64,000 nucleotides of DNA from Candidatus Latescibacterota bacterium (GTDB taxonomy: Bacteria > Latescibacterota > UBA2968). Below the pieces are notes generated by a model that had not been told where the DNA came from, did not search any database, and saw only the letters and a program-made list of their open reading frames with translations. The stretch is from contig OZ240241.1 in the NCBI GenBank assembly GCA_965198115.1, forward strand, positions 7,232,001 to 7,296,000, read 5' to 3'. Below, piece by piece: positions 1 through 10,360 of this stretch (its first letter is position 1; every line of letters starts with the position of its first letter). The position numbers and the translations under genes were made by a program.

Positions 1-202
1 CGTTGGCGGAGGCGGCCGTGCTGGTCGAGCAATGGAGGCGCGAGTACAATACCGTCCGACCCCACAGCGCCTGCGGCGGCTTTCCCCCGGCCCCTGAGGC
101 GATTAAGCCGTCGCCCTGGTTCCTGAGGATGCCCGTCCTTCACGGCCCTCCACAGGTGCTGGGACTAACATAGGATGTGGTACCGCTCTTGGGGGCAGGT
201 CA
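1..202 (+). mobile_element. IS3-family (IS407-like) element, 3' end: transposase OrfB C-terminus (3-173) and right terminal repeat ending ...GGGGCAGGTCA
   Basis: Frame 3 reads LAEAAVLVEQWRREYNTVRPHSACGG, the WR.EYN..RPHS.LG integrase-core tail; stop TAG at 171-173; element ends in CA at 201-202. Confidence 0.85.
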
Positions 203-326
203 CGACCGCTCGACACCATCCATCAGATGCGGGCCATCGTCCGGGGGCTAGAGGGAGCCGCCATTGGGTCAGAAGCCTGCAAGCATCCAAAGCTGGAACG
301 GATGACCGTTCAGGGGAAATGCCCCG

Positions 327-515
327 ATGAACAAGGAGGGCGTGGTGAGTAAGAAACCCAAGAAGGCAAAACGGGGCCACCCTGTAGAATACCCTATGCC
401 GGAGCCGATCCCGGACACGCCCGAAAACATCATGAAGGCGTTCCTGAAGACGCCGCCACGGAAGCGTGAGGAGTGGAAATTCTTTCAGGAACGGGACAAG
501 AAACAGGCCCCGTAA
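327..515 (+). CDS. Small basic protein (PIPDTPENIMKAFLKTPPRK), probably IS1595-associated, followed by a terminal-repeat-like GGATATAACCCC at 539-550
   Basis: ORF track; peptide type recalled from IS1595 element ends; similar peptide plus end motif at 3311-3461. Confidence 0.5.
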   Translation: MNKEGVVSKKPKKAKRGHPVEYPMPEPIPDTPENIMKAFLKTPPRKREEWKFFQERDKKQAP

Positions 516-569
516 CCACCGGGGCCGTGGTTACGATTGGATATAACCCCATAACTTATCATCGCGGAG

Positions 570-3176
570 ATGAAGGAGATGCATTTGTCGTCATGCGCGC
601 AGTTTTCGCACGTGCCGCCCTACGGCCGCCGCAGGCCCGCACTATTCCAGCTTGCCGCCGCCGTGGCGATTGCTGCGGCGCTGTTTGTGGCCCCTGCGCA
701 GGGCACCGCCGTCCAGAGGGAGGCATCGGTAGCCAGCCATATCCCCGAGGCGGCGGTGGATCCGGTACGCCCCGTGGCCGTGATCGATCGGGAGGAGATC
801 GCGCTGTCGGGCATGCGCACTGTCTCGGACCTGCTGGTGAGCCGACAACGTTTCAACAGCTTCGGCCTTCATCGGGTGCTGTTCTTGGGCAGCCGGGTCG
901 CTTATCTGATCAATGGCCGCCGCATCTCCGATTCCACCCTCCATCTCTCCACCCTGCCGACATCGGCGGTGGAGCGCATCGAGATCCTGAGCGGCAGCGC
1001 CGCCGCGCTGCACGGTGGGCACGCCATCGCCGGTGCGATCAACATCGTGCTCAGGCGCGGCGACGAGGGTGTCGAGGCTTCGGCGTTCGCCAGCCGGCCA
1101 ACGGACGCGGGCGGCGATACGGAGGAGGGCAGCACCTCGTGGGGAGGCGGGGTCGGCCAAGGCCACATGACCGTCGCTGTGGACGTCTTCCGACGTGAGG
1201 AAATTCCCGACGCGGCGCGGGAGCACAGCCGCGCCAAGTGGACGCTGGGTGGCACGTTCGCCGATGCGTCCGGCGTTTCCGTGGGCGGCAACACCGTCTT
1301 CATCGCGACCAGGAGCTATGACGATAACGGCGACGTCACCGCCACTCACGTTCCCGGCGTCGTGAGCCGTTCGATCGCGCGCCCCCTCGGCGACTGTCCC
1401 GGTCGCATGTACACCGGCGTGCTCGCTGATCCCCTCGGCAGTCCAGGCACAGGTTGTGGCTTCGCCTACGCCGACATTTCGTGGGCCATGGCACGGTATG
1501 GGCGGGAAAGCCTATTCCTCACCCTCGATCATCCGCTCGGCGACGGCGCCGACGCCTATCTCGATATCCGGGTTGCAAGGGACGAAACGCTGGAGCGCTA
1601 TGCTCCTTCGGTCGGCACCTTCTCCGTTTCGTCGGAGACACTCACGGACCATCTGCTGCCCGATCCCGAGATCGACTCGCTTCCCGAGACCCTTCGCGTG
1701 TCCCATCGCTTCCTCGGCCACGGCAACCGAGAGTGGCTTACGACGCTGGACGAATATGACGTCGCGCTCGGCCTGAAGGGGCAGTTCGCGGACGGCATCG
1801 GCTATGACGTGCACCTTCGCTACTACCGCCACGACGCCGTCATCGACGGCACTACCTTCGTGAGCGGGAGCGCCATTCAGCAGGTCATCGACGAGGAGCG
1901 TTATGACCTCGTTAACCCGCTCTCTCCGGCCAACCTTGACGCGATCCGAGAGACTGCACTGCGCCTGACCCGCGATCGGGTGACGGACCACAGGACGGTC
2001 CGCGCCTCCGTGGACGGACCAATGTTCGCGCTCGCCGGCGGCGAGGCGCGATGGGCGGCAGGCGCCGAGTTTATCGCCGAGGACTGGCGCGATGTCCATG
2101 CCTATCGGGACCGTTCCGGCCGTTCCTATGACGCGAGAGACGTGCTCGGGGCCGGTGGGATCCAGGCGTCTGGCGAGCGGCAGCGCTGGTCGGGTTTCGG
2201 GGAGGTGTCGCTGCCGGTGCGTGACGATTGGGATGTCACGCTCGCAGGGCGGGGCGACGATCATGACGATGTCGGCGCTACCTATTCCCACCAACTTGCG
2301 AGCCGGTTTCGCCTGCACGATGCCCTGACGCTGCGGGGCTCCTGGGACAGAGGCTCCAGGCCGCCCAGTCTGTACGAACTGCATCTGCGCAGCTCGAACG
2401 ATTTTCCGTGGGTTTGCGACAGGAAGACTCATAGGGGGGCGCTGGAGACCTGCCCCGTAGAGCAGGTCGTGCAGGTGAGTAGCGGCAATCCGAACGTGGA
2501 GCCGGACGAAGCCGAGAGCGTCAGCCTCGGCGCCGTGATCGGACTGGGGCCGCTATCCCTGAGCGCGGACTGGTTCCGGATCGCGCTTTCCGCCGTGCCG
2601 GCTCGATTGTCCCCGCAGTCGATCATGGATCTCGAGGCGAGGGGAGCGTTGCCGCCCGGTGCGGCGGTGATACGCACCCAAGAGGGTAAGATCGAGCGGA
2701 TCGATAGCCCGATCGTCAACAGCGGGGGGACCGATGCGTCGGGTGTCGATGTGCGGGCGCGGCTCGACTGGGACGCCCCTTGGGCAGACCTGGTGCTGGA
2801 TACCCGCTGGCTGCGCATGACCCAGCAAGAGACCCGGGTGGCCGGCGAGCTTCAGCCGGGCGACTACCCGCGCGACCGTATTCATGGATCGCTTCGCGCG
2901 AGCCGAGGCGGCCTCACTGCGAGCTGGAGCACATATTCGGTTTCGGGCTACTGGAACGTGCGCCGGACCGGCCGCTTCGACGGCTGGATGGGCCACGACA
3001 TCACCGTCCGCTGGCGCGATCCCTTCGGCCTGAGCAGGATGGACCTCACCGGGGGCGTACTCAATATCGCGGCCCGAGGCCCTTCCATCGATCCCACGGA
3101 CCCCGATGCCGCGGACGTGAGTCTGGACTCGGGGCGGGGGCGCACGATCTTCCTGACCGCCACGATGTCGTGGTGA
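570..3176 (+). CDS. TonB-dependent outer-membrane receptor
   Basis: Signal-like N-terminus; plug motifs LINGRR, AVERIEILSGSAAALHGGHAIAGAINIVL; GNPNVEPDEAES; C-terminal Trp. Confidence 0.9.
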   Translation: MKEMHLSSCAQFSHVPPYGRRRPALFQLAAAVAIAAALFVAPAQGTAVQREASVASHIPEAAVDPVRPVAVIDREEIALSGMRTVSDLLVSRQRFNSFGLHRVLFLGSRVAYLINGRRISDSTLHLSTLPTSAVERIEILSGSAAALHGGHAIAGAINIVLRRGDEGVEASAFASRPTDAGGDTEEGSTSWGGGVGQGHMTVAVDVFRREEIPDAAREHSRAKWTLGGTFADASGVSVGGNTVFIATRSYDDNGDVTATHVPGVVSRSIARPLGDCPGRMYTGVLADPLGSPGTGCGFAYADISWAMARYGRESLFLTLDHPLGDGADAYLDIRVARDETLERYAPSVGTFSVSSETLTDHLLPDPEIDSLPETLRVSHRFLGHGNREWLTTLDEYDVALGLKGQFADGIGYDVHLRYYRHDAVIDGTTFVSGSAIQQVIDEERYDLVNPLSPANLDAIRETALRLTRDRVTDHRTVRASVDGPMFALAGGEARWAAGAEFIAEDWRDVHAYRDRSGRSYDARDVLGAGGIQASGERQRWSGFGEVSLPVRDDWDVTLAGRGDDHDDVGATYSHQLASRFRLHDALTLRGSWDRGSRPPSLYELHLRSSNDFPWVCDRKTHRGALETCPVEQVVQVSSGNPNVEPDEAESVSLGAVIGLGPLSLSADWFRIALSAVPARLSPQSIMDLEARGALPPGAAVIRTQEGKIERIDSPIVNSGGTDASGVDVRARLDWDAPWADLVLDTRWLRMTQQETRVAGELQPGDYPRDRIHGSLRASRGGLTASWSTYSVSGYWNVRRTGRFDGWMGHDITVRWRDPFGLSRMDLTGGVLNIAARGPSIDPTDPDAADVSLDSGRGRTIFLTATMSW

Positions 3177-3310
3177 GGGAAGTACAGGCCGTCTGTGCCG
3201 GTTGGCGACGCGCTACGTGGTTTTGGGAACCGCCAAGGGCGGGTCGCCTACCGGTTACATGTACGCTTGGGCCTCTTTGAAGGCAGAGTTCCCAAGCTAC
3301 CGAGGGCAGC

Positions 3311-3445
3311 ATGATGACCGAGAAGCCCGAGACGTTAGCGGAGGAGCTACACCGGATCGTTCAGGACAGGATCCCGGAGGACATGGTGCGTCAGATGATG
3401 CGGCCACCACCGAAGGACAACGGTCCCGTCAAGCATTCTGTGTAA
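3311..3445 (+). CDS. 44-aa peptide MMTEKPETLAEELHRIVQDRIPEDMVRQMMRPPPK..., followed by terminal-repeat-like TATATTATCCC (3451-3461)
   Basis: Translated by hand (below ORF-track cutoff); shares a PE-x7-PP-K pattern with 327-515. Confidence 0.4.
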   Translation: MMTEKPETLAEELHRIVQDRIPEDMVRQMMRPPPKDNGPVKHSV

Positions 3446-3845
3446 TCCCCTATATTATCCCGTATATTCTTAGCGCGATCACATGGGAACCTACGGTACG
3501 TTGGCGGAACCCGTGACAGGTGCGACCTTGGACGCCGCAGGCGTCGCGAGGGGCTGAGAAAGACCACGCAGATGACGATCCGGCGATGCCGAATGTTGCA
3601 TTTCGTCACCACAGCGCGGGCGTTCGCGAACGTACTGGTGGCGGGAATGAGGCAATCTCGAAGTACGGCGCGCCCGGTGACGTCCGGGGAGCGGGGTTGA
3701 GACGGAGCCATCTCAACTCAGCAGCCGAAGACAGCCGCCCGGGACGTTAGACACCTCTTGACCCGGCTTCCCTTGGGGGGGTCAGGGCCCGAGAATTCAC
3801 CGAGAGCCTGTCCCCCCGGGCCCAGTCCCGATTCGGGGCCGTTCT

Positions 3846-4296
3846 CTACGCTGGCCGCCGGATCTGGATGGTCCGGCCCTTCGACTCGGCGCCTTCGGCA
3901 TGCGCATGTGGAGCACGCCGTCCTCGAAGGCTGCCGAGATCTCGTCCGCGGAGACGGTGCGCGGGAGCGTAAAGGAGCGGTGGAAGCTCCCGAACTGCCG
4001 CTCCCACACGTGGTAGCGTCCGCCCTCTCCGTTCTCCTTGCGGGTCTCATCCTTCTGCCCCCGGATCGTGAGGACGTCGTTCTCGAGCTCGATCTCGACG
4101 TTCTCCTCGGTGAGCCCGGGAAGCTCCGCGGTCAGAAGCAGTTCGTTCTTCGTCTCCTCCACGTTGACCGCGGGCAGCCAGCTGGCGGCCTCCGCCTTGG
4201 GAAGCGCGGACTCGCCAAAGAGGCGATCCCACCGGCGCGTCATCTGATCCAGCGCCCTCCTGGCGCCACGCTGTGGCGATACCGTGTGATTGCCAT
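3846..4296 (-). pseudogene. Hsp20/alpha-crystallin small heat-shock protein with two apparent frameshifts
   Basis: WLPAVNVEETKNELLLTAELPG...ERQFGSFHRSFTLP...FEDGVLHMRMPK; RBS plus MAITRYR start and the GRTIQI tail are in other frames. Confidence 0.8.
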
Positions 4297-4404
4297 GATT
4301 CCTCTCTCCTGCCTTGATGCCGGTGATCGGCATTGATGTGAACGCGCATGCTTCGACCCCCCGGAACGGGGGGCGAAGCAGCCAACAACCGAACGCTTGA
4401 GGGG

Positions 4405-4419
4405 GCAGGATCCGTGCCA
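4405..4419 (-). promoter_or_regulatory. Sigma-54 (-24/-12) promoter candidate upstream of hsp20
   Basis: Minus strand reads TGGCACGGATCCTGC versus consensus TGGCACG-N4-TTGC. Confidence 0.65.
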
Positions 4420-4650
4420 ATGGAGAGCACCCGAGACTCTGCCAAATCGTCTCTCCACAATGACTTAATGACCTCCCCAGATCCGTGTAGACATCTGTAC
4501 CTGTCACTTTGGCCGATTCGGGCGGCCCGGGTTCCGCAGGCGAGGTGGCCCCTGAGGGTCGGTGCCCCGCCCTGCGCGCACTCCCGGGCCGCTTCGGCGT
4601 CGCGCCGGCGGCGGCGGAAGACGACGCGATTGCCGGAAAGAAAGGCGAAC

Positions 4651-5093
4651 GTCCGGCCGGCGGCCGAGGCTCTGCTAGCAGCCCATCGGGAACTCGGGGA
4701 GCAAGGCTTTGGCCTACTCATCTTCGATGCTTATCGTCCATGGTACGTCACTTGGATGTTCTGGGAGGGGACGCCCAAGGATCTCCGGGACTTCGTGGCC
4801 GATCCGGCGTCCGGATCGCGGCATAACCGCGGGCGGCGGTGGATCTGACGCTCTACGACTGGAATCGGGCCGGCCCGTGGACATGGGAAGCGGCTACGAC
4901 GAGTTCACCGAGCGCTCCTACCCCGACTATCCGGGCCTGAGCGTGCGGGAGCGGGAGAACAGGAACCGCCTCAGAACGGCGATGGAGAAGCAGGGATTCA
5001 CGATCTATCCTTACGAGTGGTGGCCACTTCGACTACCGGGCCTGGTCCGACTATCCGATCCTGAATCTGACCTTCGAAGAACTCGAAGATTGA
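4651..5093 (+). pseudogene. ddpX: D-Ala-D-Ala dipeptidase (VanX/DdpX, peptidase M15D), 5'-truncated and frameshifted
   Basis: IFDAYRPWYVT, GSRHNRG, VDLTLYD, VDMGSGYDEF, EWW/HFDY motifs spread over several frames. Confidence 0.8.
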
Positions 5094-5236
5094 CGACCGT
5101 CGACCCGAGGGTGAGTCCGCCCCCGCGACCGGGAATCTAAGGGAGAAAGGGCACCGTTGTGCGAGAGCGGCGCGAGGGTGGGACAACTCAGGGGGGGACA
5201 ACTCTAAGCAGTGAGCTGCGGGAGGGAATCCGCAGG

Positions 5237-6361
5237 ATGCGGCCAACACGCCAGCCGCCCGACGGTCCTGACCATGTCGAGTTCGAACGTGTCACCAAGA
5301 GCTTCGACGGGCGGACTGAGGTCGTAAGCGACCTCGACCTGACGGTCCAAAAGGGCGAGTTCCTCACGCTGCTCGGCCCCTCTGGGTCGGGCAAGACGAC
5401 CTGCCTGATGATGCTCGCCGGATTCGAGGAGCCGACCTCGGGCACGATCCGCATCGACGGCCGGGCCATGAACGAGGTGGCGCCCCGGCGCCGGGGCATC
5501 GGCATGGTGTTCCAGAACTACGCGCTGTTTCCTCACATGACCGTAGGCGGGAACCTGTCGTTTCCGCTCGAGGTGCGCGGGCTCGATCCTGCGGCTCGCC
5601 GCGAGCGGGTCGGCCGCGCCCTGGAGCTGGTGCGGCTCGAGGGGCTCGAGCACCGGCGGCCGAGCCAGCTCTCGGGTGGCCAGCAGCAGAGGGTGGCCAT
5701 TGCCCGAGCGCTGGTGTTCGAGCCCGAGCTCGTGCTGATGGACGAGCCGCTCGGCGCGCTCGACCGGCGGCTAAGGGAGGAGCTGCAGTACGAGATCCGC
5801 CGCATCCACGCCGACCTGGGCGTCACGGTCCTCTACGTCACGCACGACCAGAACGAGGCGATGGTCATGTCGGACCGCGTCGCGGTCTTCCGGGCCGGCC
5901 GCATCGAGCAGGCCGCCTCGCCCGAAACGCTCTACGAGGAGCCGGAGCGCTCATTCGTCGCTCGCTTCATCGGCGAGAACAACCACCTGGCCGGCAAGGT
6001 CATGGCCGTCCGGGACGAGATATGCGACGTCGACGTCGGCGGCCGGATCGTCCAGGCGTTCCGCGTCGCCGAATGCGGCCCCGGCGACCGCACGACGATC
6101 TCGATCAGGCCCGAGCGGGTCGCCATCGCGCCGACGCCGGGCCTCTACACCAACGAGTTCGACGCCCGCCTCGAGGACATCACGTTTCTGGGCGACCATC
6201 TTCGCTTGAGAGTCGATGTCTGCGGCCACTCGGACTTCATCGTCAAGATTCCCAACATGGTCGGCCACGGCGCTGTTCTGGAAGGCGACCGCGTCCGCAT
6301 CGGCTGGACCCCGACCGACTGCAGGGTGCTCGACCCCGAAGACGAGGAGGACACGCCATGA
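5237..6361 (+). CDS. Polyamine-type ABC transporter ATP-binding subunit (PotA-like)
   Basis: Walker A GPSGSGKTT, LSGGQQQR, LMDEPLGALD, C-terminal TOBE-like region. Confidence 0.93.
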   Translation: MRPTRQPPDGPDHVEFERVTKSFDGRTEVVSDLDLTVQKGEFLTLLGPSGSGKTTCLMMLAGFEEPTSGTIRIDGRAMNEVAPRRRGIGMVFQNYALFPHMTVGGNLSFPLEVRGLDPAARRERVGRALELVRLEGLEHRRPSQLSGGQQQRVAIARALVFEPELVLMDEPLGALDRRLREELQYEIRRIHADLGVTVLYVTHDQNEAMVMSDRVAVFRAGRIEQAASPETLYEEPERSFVARFIGENNHLAGKVMAVRDEICDVDVGGRIVQAFRVAECGPGDRTTISIRPERVAIAPTPGLYTNEFDARLEDITFLGDHLRLRVDVCGHSDFIVKIPNMVGHGAVLEGDRVRIGWTPTDCRVLDPEDEEDTP

Positions 6362-7449
6362 CAGGCAAACACGGATGGACCATCGGTGCGGCCGCCATCG
6401 CGGCCCTGGCCCTGGGCTGCGGCGGTGAGCCCGCGGACTCGCTGACCGTCGTTTCCTGGGGCGGCTCCTACGGCGAGGCCATCAGGAAGGGTTACCTCGA
6501 GCCCTTCATGGCCGAGACCGGCATCGAGGTGCGCTTGGAGGACTACAACGGCGGCCTGGCCCAGGTGCGCGCCCAGGTCGAGTCGGGCAACGTGCACTGG
6601 GACATCGTCGACCTTGAAATTGCCGACGCGGTCAGCGGCTGCGACGAGGGCCTGCTCGAGAGGATCGACGCCGGCTCTCTCCCGCCCGCTCCCGACGGCA
6701 CGCCGGCCGTCGACGACTTCCTTCCCGAGACGCTCTTGGAATGCAGCGTGGGCATGGTGCTCTATTCCACCGTCTACGCCTACAACGACGCGCGTACGCC
6801 GGGCGAGAAGCCCCGGACGATCGAGGACTTCTTCGATCTGGAGCGCTTTCCCGGCCGCCGCGGGATGCGCCGCACACCTCTCGTCAATCTGGAGTTCGCG
6901 CTGATGGCTGACGGCGTGCCCCTCGAAGAGGTGTACGCCGTGCTCGACACGCCCGAGGGGGTGGAGCGGGCCTTGGGCAAGCTCGACGCCATCAAGGATG
7001 AGGTGGTGTGGTGGGAGGCCGGGGCGCAGCCGCCGCAGATGCTCGCCGACGGCGAGGTGGCGATGACGACGGCCTACAACGGCCGCATCTTCAACGCCCA
7101 GGTGCTCGAGAGCCAGCCGTTTGTGATCGTCTGGGACGGCCAGGTGCTCGATACGGGCCAGCTGGGCATCGTCGCCGGCACCAGAAGCCTCGAGGCCGCG
7201 CTCGAGTTGGTCCGCTTTGCCACCACCGCGGAGTCGATGGCCGCCGTCGGCGGCCACATCGCCTACAGCCCCGCCAGACGGTCGGGTCTGCCGCTCGTGG
7301 GGACGCACGTCGAGACCGGCGTCGACATGAATCCCCACATGCCGACGCACCCGGATAACATGGTGCGAGTTCTACAGAGCGACTGGCTGTGGTGGAGCGA
7401 CCACATGGACGAGATGAACGAGCGGTTCAGCGCCTGGCTGGCGCAGTGA
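6358..7449 (+). CDS. ABC transporter substrate-binding lipoprotein (PotD/PotF-like)
   Basis: Lipobox LALGC; LTVVSWGGSY; AYNGRI; ATG overlaps the upstream stop (ATGA). Confidence 0.9.
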   Translation: MTGKHGWTIGAAAIAALALGCGGEPADSLTVVSWGGSYGEAIRKGYLEPFMAETGIEVRLEDYNGGLAQVRAQVESGNVHWDIVDLEIADAVSGCDEGLLERIDAGSLPPAPDGTPAVDDFLPETLLECSVGMVLYSTVYAYNDARTPGEKPRTIEDFFDLERFPGRRGMRRTPLVNLEFALMADGVPLEEVYAVLDTPEGVERALGKLDAIKDEVVWWEAGAQPPQMLADGEVAMTTAYNGRIFNAQVLESQPFVIVWDGQVLDTGQLGIVAGTRSLEAALELVRFATTAESMAAVGGHIAYSPARRSGLPLVGTHVETGVDMNPHMPTHPDNMVRVLQSDWLWWSDHMDEMNERFSAWLAQ

Positions 7450-8630
7450 TCCGAGCGCGGCTCAGGGCCGGTGGGCTGGTCCTGCCGCTCGCGGCGTTCA
7501 TCGCGGTCACGTTCGCCCTGCCGGTAGCGACGATGCTCGTCAGGAGCGTCTACGATCCGACGGTGGCGGACGTCATGCCCCAGACGCTGGCCCTGCTCGG
7601 CGAGTGGGACGGCCGGGAGCCGCCCCCCGAGGCCGTTTACGCCGCGGCCGCCACGGAGCTCTCGCGCGCGGCGGACGAAGGAACGCTCGGCCGCGTCGCC
7701 ACGCGGATCAACCGAGTGCAGGGCGGCCTCAGGAGCGTCCTGGTCCGGACGGCGCGCGAGCTCCGTGACATGCCGGCCGGCGCGGGGCCGGAGGCGTTCC
7801 TCGACATCGACCCCGAGTGGAGCGATCCGGGGACTTGGCGCGCCGTCCGCACGGCCGGCGATCGGCTGACGGCGCGCCACTACCTGCACGCCGTCGATCT
7901 GGACCGAGCGCCCGACGGCTCTATCGAGCTCCGCCCGGCGGACGAGCGTATCTACGTGCGGCTGTTCGGGCGCACGTTCGCCGTCAGCCTAGCCGTCACG
8001 GTGTTCTGCCTGTTCCTGGGCTATCCCATCGCCTACCTGATCGCGCACGCCCCCGTGCGGCGCGCCGGTTGGCTGCTCGCGCTCGTGCTCGTGCCGTTCT
8101 GGACGTCGCTCTTGGTCCGCACCACGTCGTGGATCGTCCTGCTGCAGACGCAGGGCGTCATCAACGACCTGCTCGTCTGGGCCGGGCTGGTCGCCGACGA
8201 CGGACGCATCGCCTTGGTCCACAACATGACCGGCACGCTCGTGGCCATGACCCACATCCTGCTCCCGTTCATGGTCCTGCCCCTCTACTCGGTGATGCGC
8301 TCCATCCCCCGGCGGCAGATGGCCGCGGCCGCCTCGCTGGGCGCCGGCTTCCCCCGGGCCTTTTGGCGCGTCTACTGGCCCCAGACCGTGCCGGGCGTCG
8401 GCGCCGGCTCGCTGCTGGTCTTCATCCTGGCCATCGGCTACTACATCACCCCGGCGCTCGTGGGCGGCCAGAGCGGCCAGCTGATCTCGAACTTCATCGC
8501 CTACCACATGCAGACCTCCCTGAACTGGGGACTGGCGAGCGCGCTGGGCGGGATCCTGCTCCTGTCGGTGGCGGCGCTTTACCTCGTCTACGACCGGGTG
8601 GTCGGGGTGGAGCGGATGAGGCTGGGATGA
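7446..8630 (+). CDS. ABC transporter permease (PotB-like)
   Basis: LGYPIAY, PFWTSLLVRT, AAASLGA, GYYITPALVGG. Confidence 0.9.
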   Translation: MIRARLRAGGLVLPLAAFIAVTFALPVATMLVRSVYDPTVADVMPQTLALLGEWDGREPPPEAVYAAAATELSRAADEGTLGRVATRINRVQGGLRSVLVRTARELRDMPAGAGPEAFLDIDPEWSDPGTWRAVRTAGDRLTARHYLHAVDLDRAPDGSIELRPADERIYVRLFGRTFAVSLAVTVFCLFLGYPIAYLIAHAPVRRAGWLLALVLVPFWTSLLVRTTSWIVLLQTQGVINDLLVWAGLVADDGRIALVHNMTGTLVAMTHILLPFMVLPLYSVMRSIPRRQMAAAASLGAGFPRAFWRVYWPQTVPGVGAGSLLVFILAIGYYITPALVGGQSGQLISNFIAYHMQTSLNWGLASALGGILLLSVAALYLVYDRVVGVERMRLG

Positions 8631-9460
8631 GGGCGGAGGGGCTCGGTGCCCGCGCGGGGCGCGCGGCCTACCTCGCGGCCTGCGTAGGGATTTTCGCGTT
8701 CCTGCTCGTGCCGCTGGTGGTCATGGTGCCGCTCAGCTTCAACGTCGAGCCGTACTTCACGTTCACCGAGGGCATGCTGCGCCTCGACGCCGAGGCGTTC
8801 TCGCTCCGCTGGTACCGCCAGGTGGCCAGCGACCCGGTGTGGCGGCGCGCCCTCGCGAACAGCCTGTTCATCGGCACGGCGGCCACCCTGCTGGCGACCG
8901 CCCTGGGCACGCTGGCGGCCCTCGGGCTCGCGAGCCGCGCCATGCCGGCGCGCCGCCTCGCGATGGGGCTCCTCCTCTCGCCGATGGTCACGCCGCTCGT
9001 CATCTCGGCGACCGGCATGTTTTTCTTCTACTCGGCGCTCGGCCTCGCGCAGACCCACCTGGGATTGATCCTGACCCACGCGGCTCTCGGCACGCCGTTC
9101 GTCGTCATCACCGTAACCGCCACTCTCGCATCCTTCGACCGCAACCTGACGCGTGCCGCCAACGGGTTGGGGGCTGGCCCGTGGCGCACGTTCCGCCGAG
9201 TGGAGCTGCCGCTGATCGCACCCGGCGTCGTCTCGGGTGCGCTGTTCGCCTTCGCCGTCTCGTTCGACGAAGTGGTGGTGGTGCTGTTCATGGCCAGCGA
9301 GGCGCAGCGCACGATCCCGCGCCAGATGTGGGCCGGCGTGCGCGAGCAGATCAGCCCTGCGATCCTGGCCGTGGCGACCTTCCTGATCGGCTTCGCCGTG
9401 CTGCTGCTGTGCACCGTGGAGTGGCTCCGCCGCCGCGCCGGAGCCGGGGCGGCCGCCTAG
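8627..9460 (+). CDS. ABC transporter permease (PotC-like)
   Basis: FSLRWY, AANGLGA, FAVSFDEVVV, QRTIPRQMW. Confidence 0.9.
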   Translation: MRAEGLGARAGRAAYLAACVGIFAFLLVPLVVMVPLSFNVEPYFTFTEGMLRLDAEAFSLRWYRQVASDPVWRRALANSLFIGTAATLLATALGTLAALGLASRAMPARRLAMGLLLSPMVTPLVISATGMFFFYSALGLAQTHLGLILTHAALGTPFVVITVTATLASFDRNLTRAANGLGAGPWRTFRRVELPLIAPGVVSGALFAFAVSFDEVVVVLFMASEAQRTIPRQMWAGVREQISPAILAVATFLIGFAVLLLCTVEWLRRRAGAGAAA

Positions 9461-9664
9461 CCGGCACGGCCGGGCGGCGCCATCCCTCGTAGGCGACTCC
9501 GGGGGGCTGGCAAGCGCCGATACAAGAATCTCTCGGGGTCGTGACAGCCGGCCTGCTACATTCTCGCACGCGGCATAGGAACGACTCAAGGCCTCCGGAC
9601 GGCGGGCCCGATCGCGTGCTCGGGAGGCCCCGGGAAAGGACGCTTTACGCCAGGGCCAGGCCCC

Positions 9665-10283
9665 GTGATCGGCGTTGTTAAGGATTTCCACACCCGCTCG
9701 CTTCGCGAGAAGATCAGTCCCTTTGCGATCGTTCTCCGTCCGTATCAGTTCCGTAGCCTGGCTTTCAAGATCCGTCCAGATGCACTTGAGGAATCCGCCG
9801 ACTTTCTAGAAGAGACGTGGAACCGATTTCTCCCGGAGCGCCCGTTTACGTTCTACTTCCTGGATGAAGATTTCGATCGCCTCTACCGGCAAGAAATGAA
9901 GATGACTCAAATATTCGGCGCGTTTGCGATGCTGGCCATTCTTGTGGCTTGTCTGGGGCTTTTTGGTCTGGCTGCCTTTATGGCTGAGCGGCGGACGAAG
10001 GAGATCGGTGTTCGAAAGGTACTGGGCGCTTCAGTGGCAGGTATAACGCTCCTGTCGAGAAGAATTTGTCCAGCTGGTTGTGATGGCGAATGTTATCGCG
10101 TGGCCGATCGCCTACTTTGCGATGCACTACTGGCTTCAGGACTATGCATATCGCATTTCGCCAAGTCCGGTTGTCTTTGTCGCGAGTGGTGGGCTTGTGT
10201 TGGCGATTGCGCTTGCGTCTGTTTCCTATCAGGCCAGACAGGCGGCAACGACGGATCCGATCGAAGCGCTTCGAGCCGAATAG
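9665..10283 (+). pseudogene. C-terminal fragment of a MacB/FtsX-type ABC permease, 5'-truncated, one frameshift near 10050
   Basis: VIGVVKDFH, ACLGLFGLAAFMAERRTKEIGVRKVLGAS, then ANVIAWPIAY...DPIEALRAE in another frame. Confidence 0.85.
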
Positions 10284-10360
10284 CAGCGAGAAGATCGATA
10301 ACTTCCAAGCGTCTGAGGATTGACGGCGCTCAGCAGGGTACCCGGCTGGACCGCCGCTAG

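Noticed and set aside
3630-3700. tRNA-like att remnant (TGGTGGCGGGA...)
   Set aside because: No TTCGA T-loop at proper spacing and no cloverleaf
4424-4445. CIRCE-like element upstream of hsp20
   Set aside because: Half-sites are degenerate and the spacer is 4, not 9, bp
9470-9660. Possible riboswitch after the ABC operon
   Set aside because: GC-rich hairpins possible but no recognisable aptamer consensus; needs an Rfam scan
6145-9691. Long antisense and alternate-frame ORFs, here and elsewhere (e.g. 12617-13819, 53802-54794)
   Set aside because: Shadow ORFs expected in high-GC coding DNA; no motifs, and they overlap confident genes
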